A stretch of 64,000 nucleotides of DNA from Pseudomonadota bacterium (GTDB lineage Bacteria > Pseudomonadota > Alphaproteobacteria > Rhizobiales > JANQQB01): positions 11,320-75,319 of the forward strand of contig JBCDLT010000007.1 in assembly GCA_038745065.1 (NCBI GenBank), read 5' to 3'. Every line of letters starts with the position of its first letter. Position 1 is the stretch's first letter. Below are positions 30,136-40,476 of the stretch, one piece after another. A program made the position numbers and the translations under genes. Under the pieces are notes generated by a model. It was given only the letters and a program-made list of their open reading frames with translations. It made no database searches and was not told the origin of the DNA.

Positions 30136-33100
30136 GCCGTTTCCTCCGCAGGCGCCAGAAAGTCCGTCTCGGTGATTCGCGCTGCGACCGGTTTTCCGCC
30201 GCTGCGGCTTACATGGACGACGTCACCCATGCGCGCGCCTCCGCTTTCGACGAGCGCCAATGCAATGGAGCGCTCCAGATTGGGGCTGTAATAGCTGGAC
30301 GTCACCCATCCCAGCATCGGCACCGGCGGCTGCGGTTCGGATGCGTTGCCGATGACCTGCGCGCCCTCCGCAAGCACGGTTTTCGGATTCTCGGTCAACA
30401 AACCGACCAGCTGTTTCCGGTCGGACCGGCACGTGTCTGACCGCAGCAAGGACCGCTTGCCGATGAAATCGCCCTTCTTCATGTTGACGATCCAGTCCAT
30501 ACGCAGGTCGAGCGGCGTGACCGTGCCGTCGGTCTCCTGTCCGACGATCACGAAACCCTTCTCGGCCCGCAGCAGGTGCATGGCCTCGGTCCCGTAAGGC
30601 GTAATGTCATAGGCCTGCCCGGCCTCCATCACCTTTTCCCAAAGCCACAATCCGTAACTCGCCGGAACGTTGATCTCGAAAGACATCTCGCCGGTGAAGG
30701 AAATCCGGAAGACCCGCACCGGAATGCCGTCCACCTCAGCATTCTGCCAGCTCATGAAAGGCATGCTCGCCGGATCGTCCGGCAGGCCGGTGCACAATTC
30801 CTTCACCAGGTCCGGACATTTCGGGCCGCACAGCGACACCACCGCCCAGTGCTCGGTCGTCGTGGTGAGAAAGACGTCCAGATCCGGCCATTCGGTCTGC
30901 AGATAATCCTCAAGCTGGCCAAGCACCCGCGCGGCACCGCCGGTGGTCGTCGTCATGTGAAAATGATCGTCGGCCAGACAGGCGGTCACCCCGTCGTCGA
31001 TGATCATGCCGTCCTCGCCGAGCATGAAACCGTAGCGGCAGCGCCCCGGCGCCAGTTTCGACCAGGCATTGGTATAGACACGATTGAGGAAGGTGCGCGC
31101 GTCCTTGCCGCGCACGTCGATCTTGCCGAGCGTGGAGGCATCCAGAACGCCGATACCGGTGCGGGCGGCTTTCGATTCCCGTTGGACGGCCTGATGGAAG
31201 CTCTCTCCGGGCCGGGGATAGGTTCGGGCGCGGATCCAGTCCCCGACCGGTTCGAAAATCGCGTCCTGACGGCGATGCCAGTCATGCATCGGCGTGGTCC
31301 GGCGCGGCAGGAAATGCGCGCCGACATGCTGACCCGCAAGCGCGCCGAATGTCACCGGCTTGAAAGGCTGGCGAAACGTGGTGACACCGACATCCGGGAT
31401 CGGCTTGTCCATGACGCCGGACAGGACACCAAAGGCGTTCATATTGGCAATCTTGCCCTGGTCGGTACCCATGCCTGTCGTCGTATAGCGTTTGATATGC
31501 TCGACCGACCGGTAGCCTTCCTTATAGGCCAGATGCAGATCCTTGGTCGTGACATCGTCCTGCAGGTCGACAAAGGCGCGGCTCTTGGAGAAGTCGCCGA
31601 GCACCGGAACTTCCCAGATCGGCTCCACGGCAACGCCCTCGGGGATCGTCACGGAGAGCTCGGGACTGGTTTTGCGGACCCGCTTGAGACCGGCATCCTT
31701 GGCTGCCGCGAGCCCGGCCTCCGTACCCTCGGCCAGCGCATCGGCCAGCGTCGTCGTGCCGTTCGCCGCGCCGGCGGACCGTTCCGCCTGGAAAGACGGC
31801 CCGGGTCGAAAACCGGCAAGATCGGCATCATAAGACAGCTTGCCGCGAGACTGCGCGAACAGCGCCACGTTCGGCGTCCAACCGCCGGACGTCGCCAGGA
31901 GATCCATGGCCACTTCTTCCGGCGTCCCGGTCAGGCCCGTTCCGCCGGGCGCGAGCGGCATGACATCCGCGCTGGTGATGCGATGACGACCGTCGGTCGC
32001 GACGATCGCCGATTGCAGTCGCACCGGAATGTTGCGCTCGGCCGCCATGCGCAGAAGCGTGGCGTCGACCTCGGCGCGCGTATCGACGACGGTCACGACG
32101 CTGGCGCCCGCATCGGCCAGATCAAAAGCGGTCTGCCATGCCGTGTCGTTGTTGGTGAAGATGCCCGCGCGTTTTCCGGCAAGCACGCCGTACCGGTGGA
32201 GGAACGTGCGCACGGCACCGGCAAGCATGACGCCCGGCCGGTCGTTCTGGTTGAAGACCAGCGGCCTTTCCAGCGCTCCGGTCGCCAGGACGACCTGTTT
32301 CGCCCGTACCCGCCAGATGCGCTGGCGGATCGTATCCGGCGTGCGCTGGGTCGGCGACAGGTGGTCGGCGGCGCGTTCCCACAATCCGACGAAGTTGTGC
32401 CCGTAATAGCCAAAGGCCGTGGTGCGCTTGAGAACCGTGACGTCCGGGTTTTTTTGCAGTTCGTCGATAGCATCGAAAGCCCAGGCGCGCGCCGGTTGCT
32501 CCTTGATGAGCGCATCGGAGCGCGCCATCGACAACAGATGCCCGCCGAAATGCGCGGTTTCCTCGGCAAGGATTACCCGGGCTCCGCAGCGGGCGGCCTG
32601 ATAGGCGGCCGCGATACCGGCAAGACCGCCACCGGCGACCAATACGTCGCAATGCCGATTGACGGCTTCGTAGCGGTCGGGGTCCGGTCCTTCCGGGCAG
32701 GTACCGAGACCGGCCGCGGCCCGGATGTGCTTTTCAAAAAACATCCAGTTCAGCGGCGGACCCATGAAGGTCTTGTAGTAAAAGCCGGCCGGAAAGAAGC
32801 CCGCCAGCAGGTCGTTTACGGCCCCGACATCGAAACCGAGCGACGGCCAGCAATTCTGCGGAACCGCTTCCAGGCCATGGTAGAGTTCCTGTTCGCTCGC
32901 CCTGGTATTGGGATCGGTGCGCCGCGGATCCTTGCCGATCTGGACGAGGCCTGCCGGATCGTCCGATCCGGCGCCGACAATGCCGCGCGGCCGGTGATAC
33001 TTGAACGACCGGCCGACCATGTGCACGCCGTTTGCAAGCAGGGCCGAGGCCAGCGTATCGCCGAGAAACCCCTCATAGGCCTTGCCGGCAAAACTGAATT

Positions 33101-33158
33101 GCAGCGGCCGGTTCCGGTTGACCAGTCCCCGGTCGTACAGGCGGAACGGTTGCGTCAC
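30132..33158 (-). CDS. soxA: Sarcosine oxidase subunit alpha
   Basis: 1008 aa. It has an N-terminal 2Fe-2S-like region, the NAD/FAD fold DVLVAGGGLAGIAAA, and a C-terminal GcvT-like folate-binding domain. It has a GTG start overlapping the soxD stop (GTGA). Confidence 0.93.
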   Translation of the reverse strand: MTQPFRLYDRGLVNRNRPLQFSFAGKAYEGFLGDTLASALLANGVHMVGRSFKYHRPRGIVGAGSDDPAGLVQIGKDPRRTDPNTRASEQELYHGLEAVPQNCWPSLGFDVGAVNDLLAGFFPAGFYYKTFMGPPLNWMFFEKHIRAAAGLGTCPEGPDPDRYEAVNRHCDVLVAGGGLAGIAAAYQAARCGARVILAEETAHFGGHLLSMARSDALIKEQPARAWAFDAIDELQKNPDVTVLKRTTAFGYYGHNFVGLWERAADHLSPTQRTPDTIRQRIWRVRAKQVVLATGALERPLVFNQNDRPGVMLAGAVRTFLHRYGVLAGKRAGIFTNNDTAWQTAFDLADAGASVVTVVDTRAEVDATLLRMAAERNIPVRLQSAIVATDGRHRITSADVMPLAPGGTGLTGTPEEVAMDLLATSGGWTPNVALFAQSRGKLSYDADLAGFRPGPSFQAERSAGAANGTTTLADALAEGTEAGLAAAKDAGLKRVRKTSPELSVTIPEGVAVEPIWEVPVLGDFSKSRAFVDLQDDVTTKDLHLAYKEGYRSVEHIKRYTTTGMGTDQGKIANMNAFGVLSGVMDKPIPDVGVTTFRQPFKPVTFGALAGQHVGAHFLPRRTTPMHDWHRRQDAIFEPVGDWIRARTYPRPGESFHQAVQRESKAARTGIGVLDASTLGKIDVRGKDARTFLNRVYTNAWSKLAPGRCRYGFMLGEDGMIIDDGVTACLADDHFHMTTTTGGAARVLGQLEDYLQTEWPDLDVFLTTTTEHWAVVSLCGPKCPDLVKELCTGLPDDPASMPFMSWQNAEVDGIPVRVFRISFTGEMSFEINVPASYGLWLWEKVMEAGQAYDITPYGTEAMHLLRAEKGFVIVGQETDGTVTPLDLRMDWIVNMKKGDFIGKRSLLRSDTCRSDRKQLVGLLTENPKTVLAEGAQVIGNASEPQPPVPMLGWVTSSYYSPNLERSIALALVESGGARMGDVVHVSRSGGKPVAARITETDFLAPAEETA

Positions 33159-33523
33159 GAGCGGACCTCCTCGTGCGAGGCCACCACCTTGACGGCATCA
33201 TTGCCCGATCCGAGCGCTTCGCCGGACGGTGTCGCAGGAAGTCGTGCGGCAACCTTCGGCGGCTCGGACCCGATCTCGTAGACGGCCAGGATCTCGTCGG
33301 TGGCGGTGTTGCGTATGACATTGAAGAACTTGCCGCAGCCAGCGGTATGCACCCACCGTTCCGCGTACACGCCTTTCGGATTGCTGCGCATGAAGACGAA
33401 TTCGGCCCATTGTTCGTCCGTCATCGCGTCATCCCATTCCGGGCGCGCAATATGCGCTTCGCCCGCATATGTGAACTCGGACTGGTCACGCTCGCCGCAA
33501 TAGGGACAGGGGATCACGAACAT
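33155..33523 (-). CDS. soxD: Sarcosine oxidase subunit delta
   Basis: MFVIPCPYCGERDQSEFTYAGEAHIARP...WVHTAGCGKFFN is the Zn-ribbon SoxD signature. Confidence 0.9.
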   Translation of the reverse strand: MFVIPCPYCGERDQSEFTYAGEAHIARPEWDDAMTDEQWAEFVFMRSNPKGVYAERWVHTAGCGKFFNVIRNTATDEILAVYEIGSEPPKVAARLPATPSGEALGSGNDAVKVVASHEEVRS

Positions 33524-33553
33524 GCTGGCCTCTTAGGGTACGCGACGGATAGA

Positions 33554-34804
33554 TTAGTGGGCAACGGCCGCGGCGCCGTGTTCGGCGACCAGCCGGCCGG
33601 AATGGAAGCGGTCGATGGCAAACGGAGCCGCAATCGGATGCGGATCGTCCTTGGCGATGGTGTGGGCGAAGACATGCCCGGATCCGGGCGTCGCCTTCCA
33701 GCCGCCGGTGCCCCAGCCACCGTTGACGTAAAACCCCTTGACCGGGGTCTTGGAAATGATCGGGCTGGCATCGGGACAGACATCCACGATCCCGCCCCAT
33801 TGCCGCATCATGCGCAACCGCGAGAACATCGGAAAGAGTTCCACGAGGGCCGCCATCTGGTGCTCGATAATGTCCAGGCTGCCGCGCTGCGTATAGGAAA
33901 TGTAGGGATCGATACCGGCGCCGATCACCAATTCGCCCTTGTCCGACTGGCTGCAATAGACGTGGATGGCGTTCGACATGACGACGCAGGGATGGATCGG
34001 CTTGATCGGCTCCGACACCAGCGCCTGGAGAGGATGGCTTTCGATCGGCAGGCGCAGGCCGACCATGCTGGCGATCACGCTGGTATGGCCAGCCGCGACA
34101 CTTGCCACCTTCGGGGTGCGGATCGATCCGCGGGTCGTTTCCAGGCCGACGACCGCTCCGGCTTCGACCCGGATGTCGGTGACTTCGCATTGCTGGATGA
34201 TGTCGACGCCCAGATCGTCGGCCGCGCGCGCATAGCCCCAACATACCGCGTCGTGGCGGTTGACGCCGCCCCGGCGCTGCAGCGTGCCGCCGAGCACCGG
34301 ATGCCGGATGTCCGGCGAGGCATTCAGGATCGGGCAGAATTCCTTGACCTGCTTGGCGTCGAGCCATTCGGCATCGACCCCGTTCAGCCGGTTCGCCTCG
34401 ACGCGCCGTTTGAGCTGCCGCATCTCGCCGTCGTCGTGTGCCAGGTTGATGACGCCGCGATGGCTCATCATGATGTTGAAATTGAGCTCGCGGCTCAGGC
34501 CCTCCCAAAGGTGCAGCGCATGATTGTAGATCGCCGCGCTTTCGTCATAGAGATAGTTTGACCGGATGATTGTGGTATTCCGGCCGGAATTGCCGCCACC
34601 AAGCCACCCCTTTTCAACCACGGCAATGTTGGTCATGCCATGCAGCTTGGCCAGGTAATATGCCGTCGCGAGTCCGTGCCCCCCGCCACCGATGATCACA
34701 CAATCATAGGCTGCTTTCGGTTCGGCATCGCGCCAGACCGGCTTCCAGCCGGAATGGCCGCGAAGGCCTTCACGGATGAGCGAAAAAACCGAATAACGGT
34801 TCAT
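33554..34804 (-). CDS. soxB: Sarcosine oxidase subunit beta
   Basis: 416 aa. It carries the FAD fold [19 protein letters not shown] and the typical heterotetrameric SoxB body. Confidence 0.93.
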   Translation of the reverse strand: MNRYSVFSLIREGLRGHSGWKPVWRDAEPKAAYDCVIIGGGGHGLATAYYLAKLHGMTNIAVVEKGWLGGGNSGRNTTIIRSNYLYDESAAIYNHALHLWEGLSRELNFNIMMSHRGVINLAHDDGEMRQLKRRVEANRLNGVDAEWLDAKQVKEFCPILNASPDIRHPVLGGTLQRRGGVNRHDAVCWGYARAADDLGVDIIQQCEVTDIRVEAGAVVGLETTRGSIRTPKVASVAAGHTSVIASMVGLRLPIESHPLQALVSEPIKPIHPCVVMSNAIHVYCSQSDKGELVIGAGIDPYISYTQRGSLDIIEHQMAALVELFPMFSRLRMMRQWGGIVDVCPDASPIISKTPVKGFYVNGGWGTGGWKATPGSGHVFAHTIAKDDPHPIAAPFAIDRFHSGRLVAEHGAAAVAH

Positions 34805-34999
34805 GGTCCTTCCTCACGAACGGCGGGGCCCCGACGGAACGGCCGGTCCGCACGGTCCGTCCCGACCGAAGCCCATAGCCAATGCGGCGAAGCGTTGCAA
34901 TCGCAGGCGCGTCGCATCATGTCGCAATGGGACGGATACCAGCCGGCCGGAGCCGGCGGGTCCGTTTCGAACGCGCTGCCGAGGAGTCTCTGTTCCGGC

Positions 35000-36676
35000 T
35001 CAGAAAAGCCCCTCGATCAGGCCCGCATCGTTGATATGGATGGCTTCGGCCGCCGGGACCCTCGGCAATCCGGGCATGGTCATGATTTCTCCGCAGATCG
35101 CCACGACAAAGCCGGCGCCGGCCGACAGGCGCACTTCCCTGACCGGAACGGCATGGCCGGTCGGCGCGCCGCGCAGGTTCGGGTCCGTCGAAAACGAATA
35201 CTGGGTCTTGGCCATGCAGACCGGCAGATCGCGGAAACCTTGCTCTTCCCATTGCAGCAACTGGTCGCGGATCTTCTTGTCGGCGATGACCTCGTCGGCC
35301 CGGTAGATCTCTTTGGCAATCGTCTCGATCTTGTCGAACAATCCAAGATCGTCCCCGTAGAGCGGCGCGAATGCCGCCGCCCCGCTGTCTGCGATTTCCA
35401 CCACGCGGCGGGCCAGGTCCTCTGTGCCCTCAGAGCCTTTCGCCCAGTGCTTGCACAGGATCGCTTCGGCGCCGAGGCCGGCCACATAAGCCTTGACCGC
35501 CTCGACTTCCGCATCCGTGTCGGTAACAAAATGGTTGATCGCAACGACAGCGGGCACGCCGAACTTCTTGATGTTCTCAACATGCCGCCCGAGATTGGCG
35601 CAGCCTTTTGTGACGGCGTCGACATTCTCGGCTCCGAGGTCGGCCTTGGCGACGCCGCCATTCATCTTCATGGCCCGGATGGTGGCGACGATCACCACGG
35701 CGTCGGGTGCCAGACCGGCCTTGCGGCATTTGATGTCGAAGAACTTCTCGGCGCCGAGATCGGCGCCGAAACCGGCTTCCGTCACCACGTAGTCGGCAAG
35801 CTTCAGAGCAGTGCGTGTCGCCACCACGGAATTGCAGCCATGTGCGATGTTGGCGAACGGCCCGCCATGAATGAAGGCGGGGTTGTTTTCCAGCGTCTGA
35901 ACGAGATTGGGCTGCATGGCCTGCTGCAGAAGGACCGTCATCGCACCGTCCGCCTTGATGTCGCGGCATGTGACCGGCGTGCGGTCGCGCCGATAGGCGA
36001 CGATAATATCACCGAGCCGTTTCTGCAGATCGTCGAGATCGGCGGCCAGGCACAGGATCGCCATGATTTCCGAGGCGACGGTGATGTCGAAGCCGCCTTC
36101 GCGGGCAAAGCCGTTGGCAACTCCGCCCAGACCCACGGCGATCTCGCGCAGCGCCCGGTCGTTCATGTCCAGCACCCGGCGAAACACGACGCGTCGGGAA
36201 TCGATCTCGCAACTGTTTCCCCAGTAGATGTGATTGTCGATCAGCGCGGCCAACAGGTTGTGCGCCGATGTGATCGCGTGGAAATCGCCGGTGAAGTGCA
36301 GGTTGATGTCCTCCATCGGAACGACCTGGGCGTATCCGCCGCCCGCAGCGCCCCCCTTCATGCCGAAACACGGTCCGAGCGACGGTTCGCGCAGGCAGAT
36401 CGCCGCGCGTTTGCCGATCCGGTTCAGCCCGTCGCCAAGTCCGACCGTCGTCGTCGTCTTGCCTTCGCCGGCCGGCGTCGGGTTGATGGCGGTTACCAGG
36501 ATGAGCTTGCCGTCCGGCCGGCCCTGCACCGATTTGATGAAATCCGCGGATACCTTGGCCTTGTCATGCCCGAAGGGAAGCAGATGTTCAGGCGGAATGT
36601 CGAGTTTTTCGCCGATCTGCTGGATCGGACGTTTGGAAGCCTCGCGAGCGATTTCGATGTCGGATTTCACGGACAT
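35000..36676 (-). CDS. fhs: Formate-tetrahydrofolate ligase
   Basis: The start is ATG 36676 ([10 protein letters not shown]..., GAGGA upstream). [23 protein letters not shown] and [13 protein letters not shown] are canonical FTHFS motifs. Confidence 0.95.
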   Translation of the reverse strand: MSVKSDIEIAREASKRPIQQIGEKLDIPPEHLLPFGHDKAKVSADFIKSVQGRPDGKLILVTAINPTPAGEGKTTTTVGLGDGLNRIGKRAAICLREPSLGPCFGMKGGAAGGGYAQVVPMEDINLHFTGDFHAITSAHNLLAALIDNHIYWGNSCEIDSRRVVFRRVLDMNDRALREIAVGLGGVANGFAREGGFDITVASEIMAILCLAADLDDLQKRLGDIIVAYRRDRTPVTCRDIKADGAMTVLLQQAMQPNLVQTLENNPAFIHGGPFANIAHGCNSVVATRTALKLADYVVTEAGFGADLGAEKFFDIKCRKAGLAPDAVVIVATIRAMKMNGGVAKADLGAENVDAVTKGCANLGRHVENIKKFGVPAVVAINHFVTDTDAEVEAVKAYVAGLGAEAILCKHWAKGSEGTEDLARRVVEIADSGAAAFAPLYGDDLGLFDKIETIAKEIYRADEVIADKKIRDQLLQWEEQGFRDLPVCMAKTQYSFSTDPNLRGAPTGHAVPVREVRLSAGAGFVVAICGEIMTMPGLPRVPAAEAIHINDAGLIEGLF

Positions 36677-36996
36677 TGTGGGGATTCCTCGGCATGGGTG
36701 GGCGGGGGCATGGGTCGGCGAGGTCGAATGCCAAAGGCGGGCGGCACCGACCCGCCGGATCGGCGGGGTCTGTGAGATGGTGCGCACCCTGCTTCGAAAG
36801 TGCGGGACGTGCCGATTTCCGGCCGACCGATTCAGGCTCATACACGACATTGCGGGCCGTGTCTCATGCTCCGTCGGATCGCGATTGCAGGACCTGGAAC
36901 CACTTTAGAACCGCTTTAAATGTGTCATTGCCCGAACGTCCTTATGAGGCTAGTTTTCCGGAAGAAAACCGCGAAGCTGAGAGAGCCTGAACGGTC

Positions 36997-37998
36997 GTGA
37001 CCCCCTTGGCGCCAGCAGCACCGAAGACCATCGTCTTCGTCCTGATCCCGAACTTTTCGCTGATCGCGTTCGGGTCGGCCATCGAACCGTTGCGGGTCGC
37101 CAACCGGATTTCCGGCCGGTCGCTTTACCGCTGGACGATCGTTTCGCCCGATGGCCGGCCGGTCCGGGCCAGCAACGGCCTGGAGGCCAATGTCGAAGGG
37201 TCGATTCTGGATCTTGGCACCGCCGCGATCGACATCAATCGGCCGGATTTTGTGATCGTCTGTTCCGGCCTCGACGTCGAAACGTTCCAGCATGCCGGAT
37301 TTTCCGGCTGGTTGAGGCGCCAGCACGAAAAGGGATCGTCGATCGGCGGGCTGTGTACGGGCGCATGGCTCCTGGCCAAGGCCGAGCTGCTGGAAGACCG
37401 ACGCTGCGCAATCCATTGGGAAACCCTGCCCGCCTTTGCCGAACGTTTTCCGGAAGCCGACGTTCATGCCGACCTCTTTGAAATCGACGCCGGGCTCTAC
37501 ACCTGCGCCGGCGGCACCGCTGCGCTCGACATGGTGCTGCAGGTCATCGGCGAACAGCATGGCGACGACCTGGTCGCCAAGGTATGCGAGCTCTGCCTGG
37601 TCGACCGGGTACGGTCGTCCCAGGACCGCCAGCGACTTCCTTTGCGCGCCCGCATCGGCATCCACAACAGCAAACTTCTGATGCTGATCGAGATGATGGA
37701 GCGCAACATCTCAATCCCCGTGACTCTGGAGGAGATGTCGCGCGAGGCGCGTTTGTCCCGCCGCCATGTGGAACGCCTGTTTCGGCAGAATCTCGGACGC
37801 TCGCCGGCCCGGTATTATCTGGAATTGCGGCTGGAGCGTGCCCGCCAATTGCTGATGCAATCCGATATGCCGATCGTCGATGTGGCGATTGCCTGCGGCT
37901 TCGTTTCCGCGTCGCATTTTTCCAAATGCTATCGCGGCCTGTTCGGCCGGTCGCCGCAAAGCGACCGGCGCCAGCGCACGGTGGCCGAAGCGGTCTGA
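36997..37998 (+). CDS. GlxA-type transcriptional regulator (DJ-1/PfpI-like domain + AraC HTH)
   Basis: The N-terminal amidotransferase-like domain reads IVFVLIPNFSLIAFGSAIEPLRVAN. The C-terminal HTH reads EARLSRRHVERLFRQNLGRSPARYYLELRLERARQLL...ACGFVSASHFSKCYRGLFGRSP. The gene is divergent from fhs-sox. Confidence 0.85.
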   Translation: MTPLAPAAPKTIVFVLIPNFSLIAFGSAIEPLRVANRISGRSLYRWTIVSPDGRPVRASNGLEANVEGSILDLGTAAIDINRPDFVIVCSGLDVETFQHAGFSGWLRRQHEKGSSIGGLCTGAWLLAKAELLEDRRCAIHWETLPAFAERFPEADVHADLFEIDAGLYTCAGGTAALDMVLQVIGEQHGDDLVAKVCELCLVDRVRSSQDRQRLPLRARIGIHNSKLLMLIEMMERNISIPVTLEEMSREARLSRRHVERLFRQNLGRSPARYYLELRLERARQLLMQSDMPIVDVAIACGFVSASHFSKCYRGLFGRSPQSDRRQRTVAEAV

Positions 37999-38028
37999 CG
38001 AGACGCGGGTCTTATCGCGTGCCGGGCA

Positions 38029-40101
38029 TCAAACCAGCGGCAGATCGTCGTTTTCCGACAATACCGGATCCGGCGCCGGTGCATTGGGGGCCGCGCCGCC
38101 GGGGGCGATGGTGAAGTCGATATCCAGCGAATCCAGAAGCGCTCCGCCGCCGCCGTTCTGGCTGTACAGGTCCAGGTCGAGGTCGTAGGTGCCGTTGGCG
38201 AACGTCACGCCCCAAAAGTCGCCGGCCGCATCGCCGAACAGGGCATAGGGTTCGATGTTTTCCAATTGCGTTCTGGCGCCGTCGTTCAGATCGAACCGGA
38301 TGCTCTCGACACGATCCGCACCGTTGGTGACCTCTGCGGTCAAGGTAAGACGGCGTCCGGCAACGAGCGCCGCATCGATCGTGTCGCCGTCTTCGACCGT
38401 CGTGATCACCTGACCGGTATCTGCATCGACCATCCGCACGATGACGTCGATGGCCGGTCCTGATGCGATGGTGAAATCGATATCGACACTCGACAGGCGC
38501 TGACCGCCGCCCTGTTGCTGGCTGAAAGCATCGACGGACACATTGTAGGTCCCGATACCGAACGGCTTGCCCCACATGTCGCCCTGACTGTCGCCGAACA
38601 GCGCGTAGGGCAGCAGGTTTTCCGTCTGAACCCTTTCACCGTCGTTCAGGTCGAACCGCACGCTCTCGACCTTGTCCCCGCCGGTGGCGGTTTCAGCCGT
38701 GATCGTCACGCGCCGGCCGGCAACCACACCGGGATCGATGCGGGCACCGGATTGCAACTCCGACAGAACCTCGCCGGTATCCGCGTCGACCAGGTTGACG
38801 CGGAGGTCCACATTGTCTGACCCGGACGTGGTGGTCGCGATCAATTCGTCGACGTCCCAGGACCGATCTGAAAAGAAAACCGTTTCGATCGTATCGGACA
38901 CGTAGTCCACGGCGCTGCCGATCACTTCCAGGAATGCGTTGGCGACGCCGAACGAGTAATCGCCATAGGCGTTGTCGAAATAAACAGAATCGGTGCCCGA
39001 TCCGCCGACATAACGGTCGGATCCGGCCCCGTCATGAAACACGTCATTGCCGCCGCCGCCGGTCAGCACGTTGTTCGCGGCATTGCCATAAAAGACGTCG
39101 TTGGCACTGCCGCCGATCGCGTTTTCGATGATCGCGCTTTTGGCAATGCCGATGTTGTAAGTCATGGAGTTCGACACGCCGCCCGCCGACGAGTACGTGC
39201 CGGGCGCCAGGTTGACGATGGCGCGCTGGGAGAATCCCGACAGATCGAGCGTATCGATGCCGCCCGCGTCGTAGATCGTCAGCACGGGCGTGTCGTTCAG
39301 CGAGAAATCGTAGACGGAATTTCCGGCATTGCTGTTGAAGCCGTATACGGTGTTGCCCGTCCGCGTCGTCGTATCGGCGCCGTACATGTCCTGAATGGTC
39401 AGGATGTCGTGCACCATCGGGGTCTGGGCATATTGCCAGCCGGTCCCGCCGTTCCAGTCCGCGCCGGTATTGGAGGCGCTGAAATACGACATGACCGTCC
39501 ACTGATGGGTGTCCTGCGCGTAGATTGCGTCATTGGCGTAGGTCGGGCTGCCGCCATTGTAGTTTCCGGGATGGCTGAGACCGATCGCGTGGCCGACCTC
39601 GTGCAGGATGGTCATGAAAGCGTAGGATCCGGAATTCGGCGAGTACAAAGACGTGTAGGTGTCCGAATTGAGCCAGACCGACCCCGACCAGTTCGAACCG
39701 CCCGGGTAATAGGCATGGGCATAGCCGATATTGGTTGTTGTATTGGCGAAGGTGACGTTGGCGAACTGGGGCGAACTGGTCACCTCGTTGAAAGACGGAA
39801 CGATCAGGTCGTCCCAAAGCTCCATGACATCCCGGGTTGCCGCTTTTTGCGCATTCGAAAAGCGTGAGAAACCGTTCCCCTCGCCGCCGAGCGTCCAACT
39901 CGGCGCGGAATTCAAAAAGGCGTAGGAGATGGTCGACCCGGACCATTCGCGTCCGGAATCAATCTGGCCGATCACCTGATCGTCGTTGAAGAACGGCGCC
40001 ATTTGCGGCGTGGCCTGAGCGGGGTCGACGACCGCCTCGCGTTCGGCCAGGGAATGGCAGATCGCGCAGGTACAGATATCGGCTTGTGGATCGAATGACA
40101 C
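38029..40101 (-). CDS. Serralysin-like (M10) zinc metalloprotease with RTX Ca-binding repeats and two C-terminal tandem 114-aa repeats
   Basis: The GTG at 40101 has GAGGAAGGGG 7 nt upstream. There is no signal peptide. The zinc site is ILHEVGHAIGLSHP, followed by a Met-turn region. About five GGxGxDxUx nonapeptides are present (GGSANDVFY GNAANNVLT GGGGNDVFH DGAGSDRYV GGSGTDSVY). Tandem repeats lie at 38458-38799 and 38098-38439. Confidence 0.85.
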   Translation of the reverse strand: MSFDPQADICTCAICHSLAEREAVVDPAQATPQMAPFFNDDQVIGQIDSGREWSGSTISYAFLNSAPSWTLGGEGNGFSRFSNAQKAATRDVMELWDDLIVPSFNEVTSSPQFANVTFANTTTNIGYAHAYYPGGSNWSGSVWLNSDTYTSLYSPNSGSYAFMTILHEVGHAIGLSHPGNYNGGSPTYANDAIYAQDTHQWTVMSYFSASNTGADWNGGTGWQYAQTPMVHDILTIQDMYGADTTTRTGNTVYGFNSNAGNSVYDFSLNDTPVLTIYDAGGIDTLDLSGFSQRAIVNLAPGTYSSAGGVSNSMTYNIGIAKSAIIENAIGGSANDVFYGNAANNVLTGGGGNDVFHDGAGSDRYVGGSGTDSVYFDNAYGDYSFGVANAFLEVIGSAVDYVSDTIETVFFSDRSWDVDELIATTTSGSDNVDLRVNLVDADTGEVLSELQSGARIDPGVVAGRRVTITAETATGGDKVESVRFDLNDGERVQTENLLPYALFGDSQGDMWGKPFGIGTYNVSVDAFSQQQGGGQRLSSVDIDFTIASGPAIDVIVRMVDADTGQVITTVEDGDTIDAALVAGRRLTLTAEVTNGADRVESIRFDLNDGARTQLENIEPYALFGDAAGDFWGVTFANGTYDLDLDLYSQNGGGGALLDSLDIDFTIAPGGAAPNAPAPDPVLSENDDLPLV

Positions 40102-40419
40102 GGTGGGCCCCTTCCTCGTGTTGGTCGGGCCCCGGTTCTGTGGATCATGCCGCCGGATCGCCCGGATCACCCGGCATTTCGAAAGCGTGGCCGAAATGCA
40201 TTCGGGAGGATCGACTGTGATGACAGGACGGGTCGGCAGGAACCAGGATCGCCGCCCCGGGCACCACCTGGCCGTCAAGCGCCTGTAGAGTCAGGGAAAG
40301 CCGTGGTGATAATATGACCGGTCTTGGGCAATCCGGCAGCATCGCGAGGCGAATTTGTGATTATGGTTAACCGGCAAAATGCGCGTCGATCGTCATGAAT
40401 GCGCCGGATCCGCGGATCG

Positions 40420-40448
40420 AAAACAAAAACGGGGCCGTCCGGCCCCGC
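40420..40448 (-). terminator. Rho-independent terminator after the MTHFR-like gene
   Basis: The minus strand reads GGGGCC-ggac-GGCCCC followed by GUUUUUGUUUU, 30 nt after the stop at 40477. Confidence 0.65.
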
Positions 40449-40476
40449 TTCACTGTCGTAAATCGACGACGCGGCG

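Noticed and set aside
30576-33281. 901-aa plus-strand ORF
   Set aside because: It is antisense to soxA and soxD. The reasoning is the same: a GC-rich shadow ORF with no recognisable domain.
34805-34999. Possible glycine riboswitch upstream of soxB
   Set aside because: No GGAGAG...ACCGAAGGGGCAA-type cores are present on the minus strand. Only GC-rich palindromes occur, which are more likely the fhs 3' end.
34640-36775. 711-aa plus-strand ORF, plus several 100-200-aa ORFs overlapping fhs and soxB
   Set aside because: These are antisense or alternative-frame shadows of soxB and fhs, both of which carry unambiguous motifs.
36677-36996. Possible ZTP (pfl), THF or glycine riboswitch in the fhs leader
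   Set aside because: I looked for GGGUCGUGACUGGCG...CCGCCUGGGC and the other cores on the minus strand. I found only a loose CCGCCUUUGGCA next to GGGUCGGUG, with the wrong spacing and no supporting helices. A covariance-model scan would settle it.
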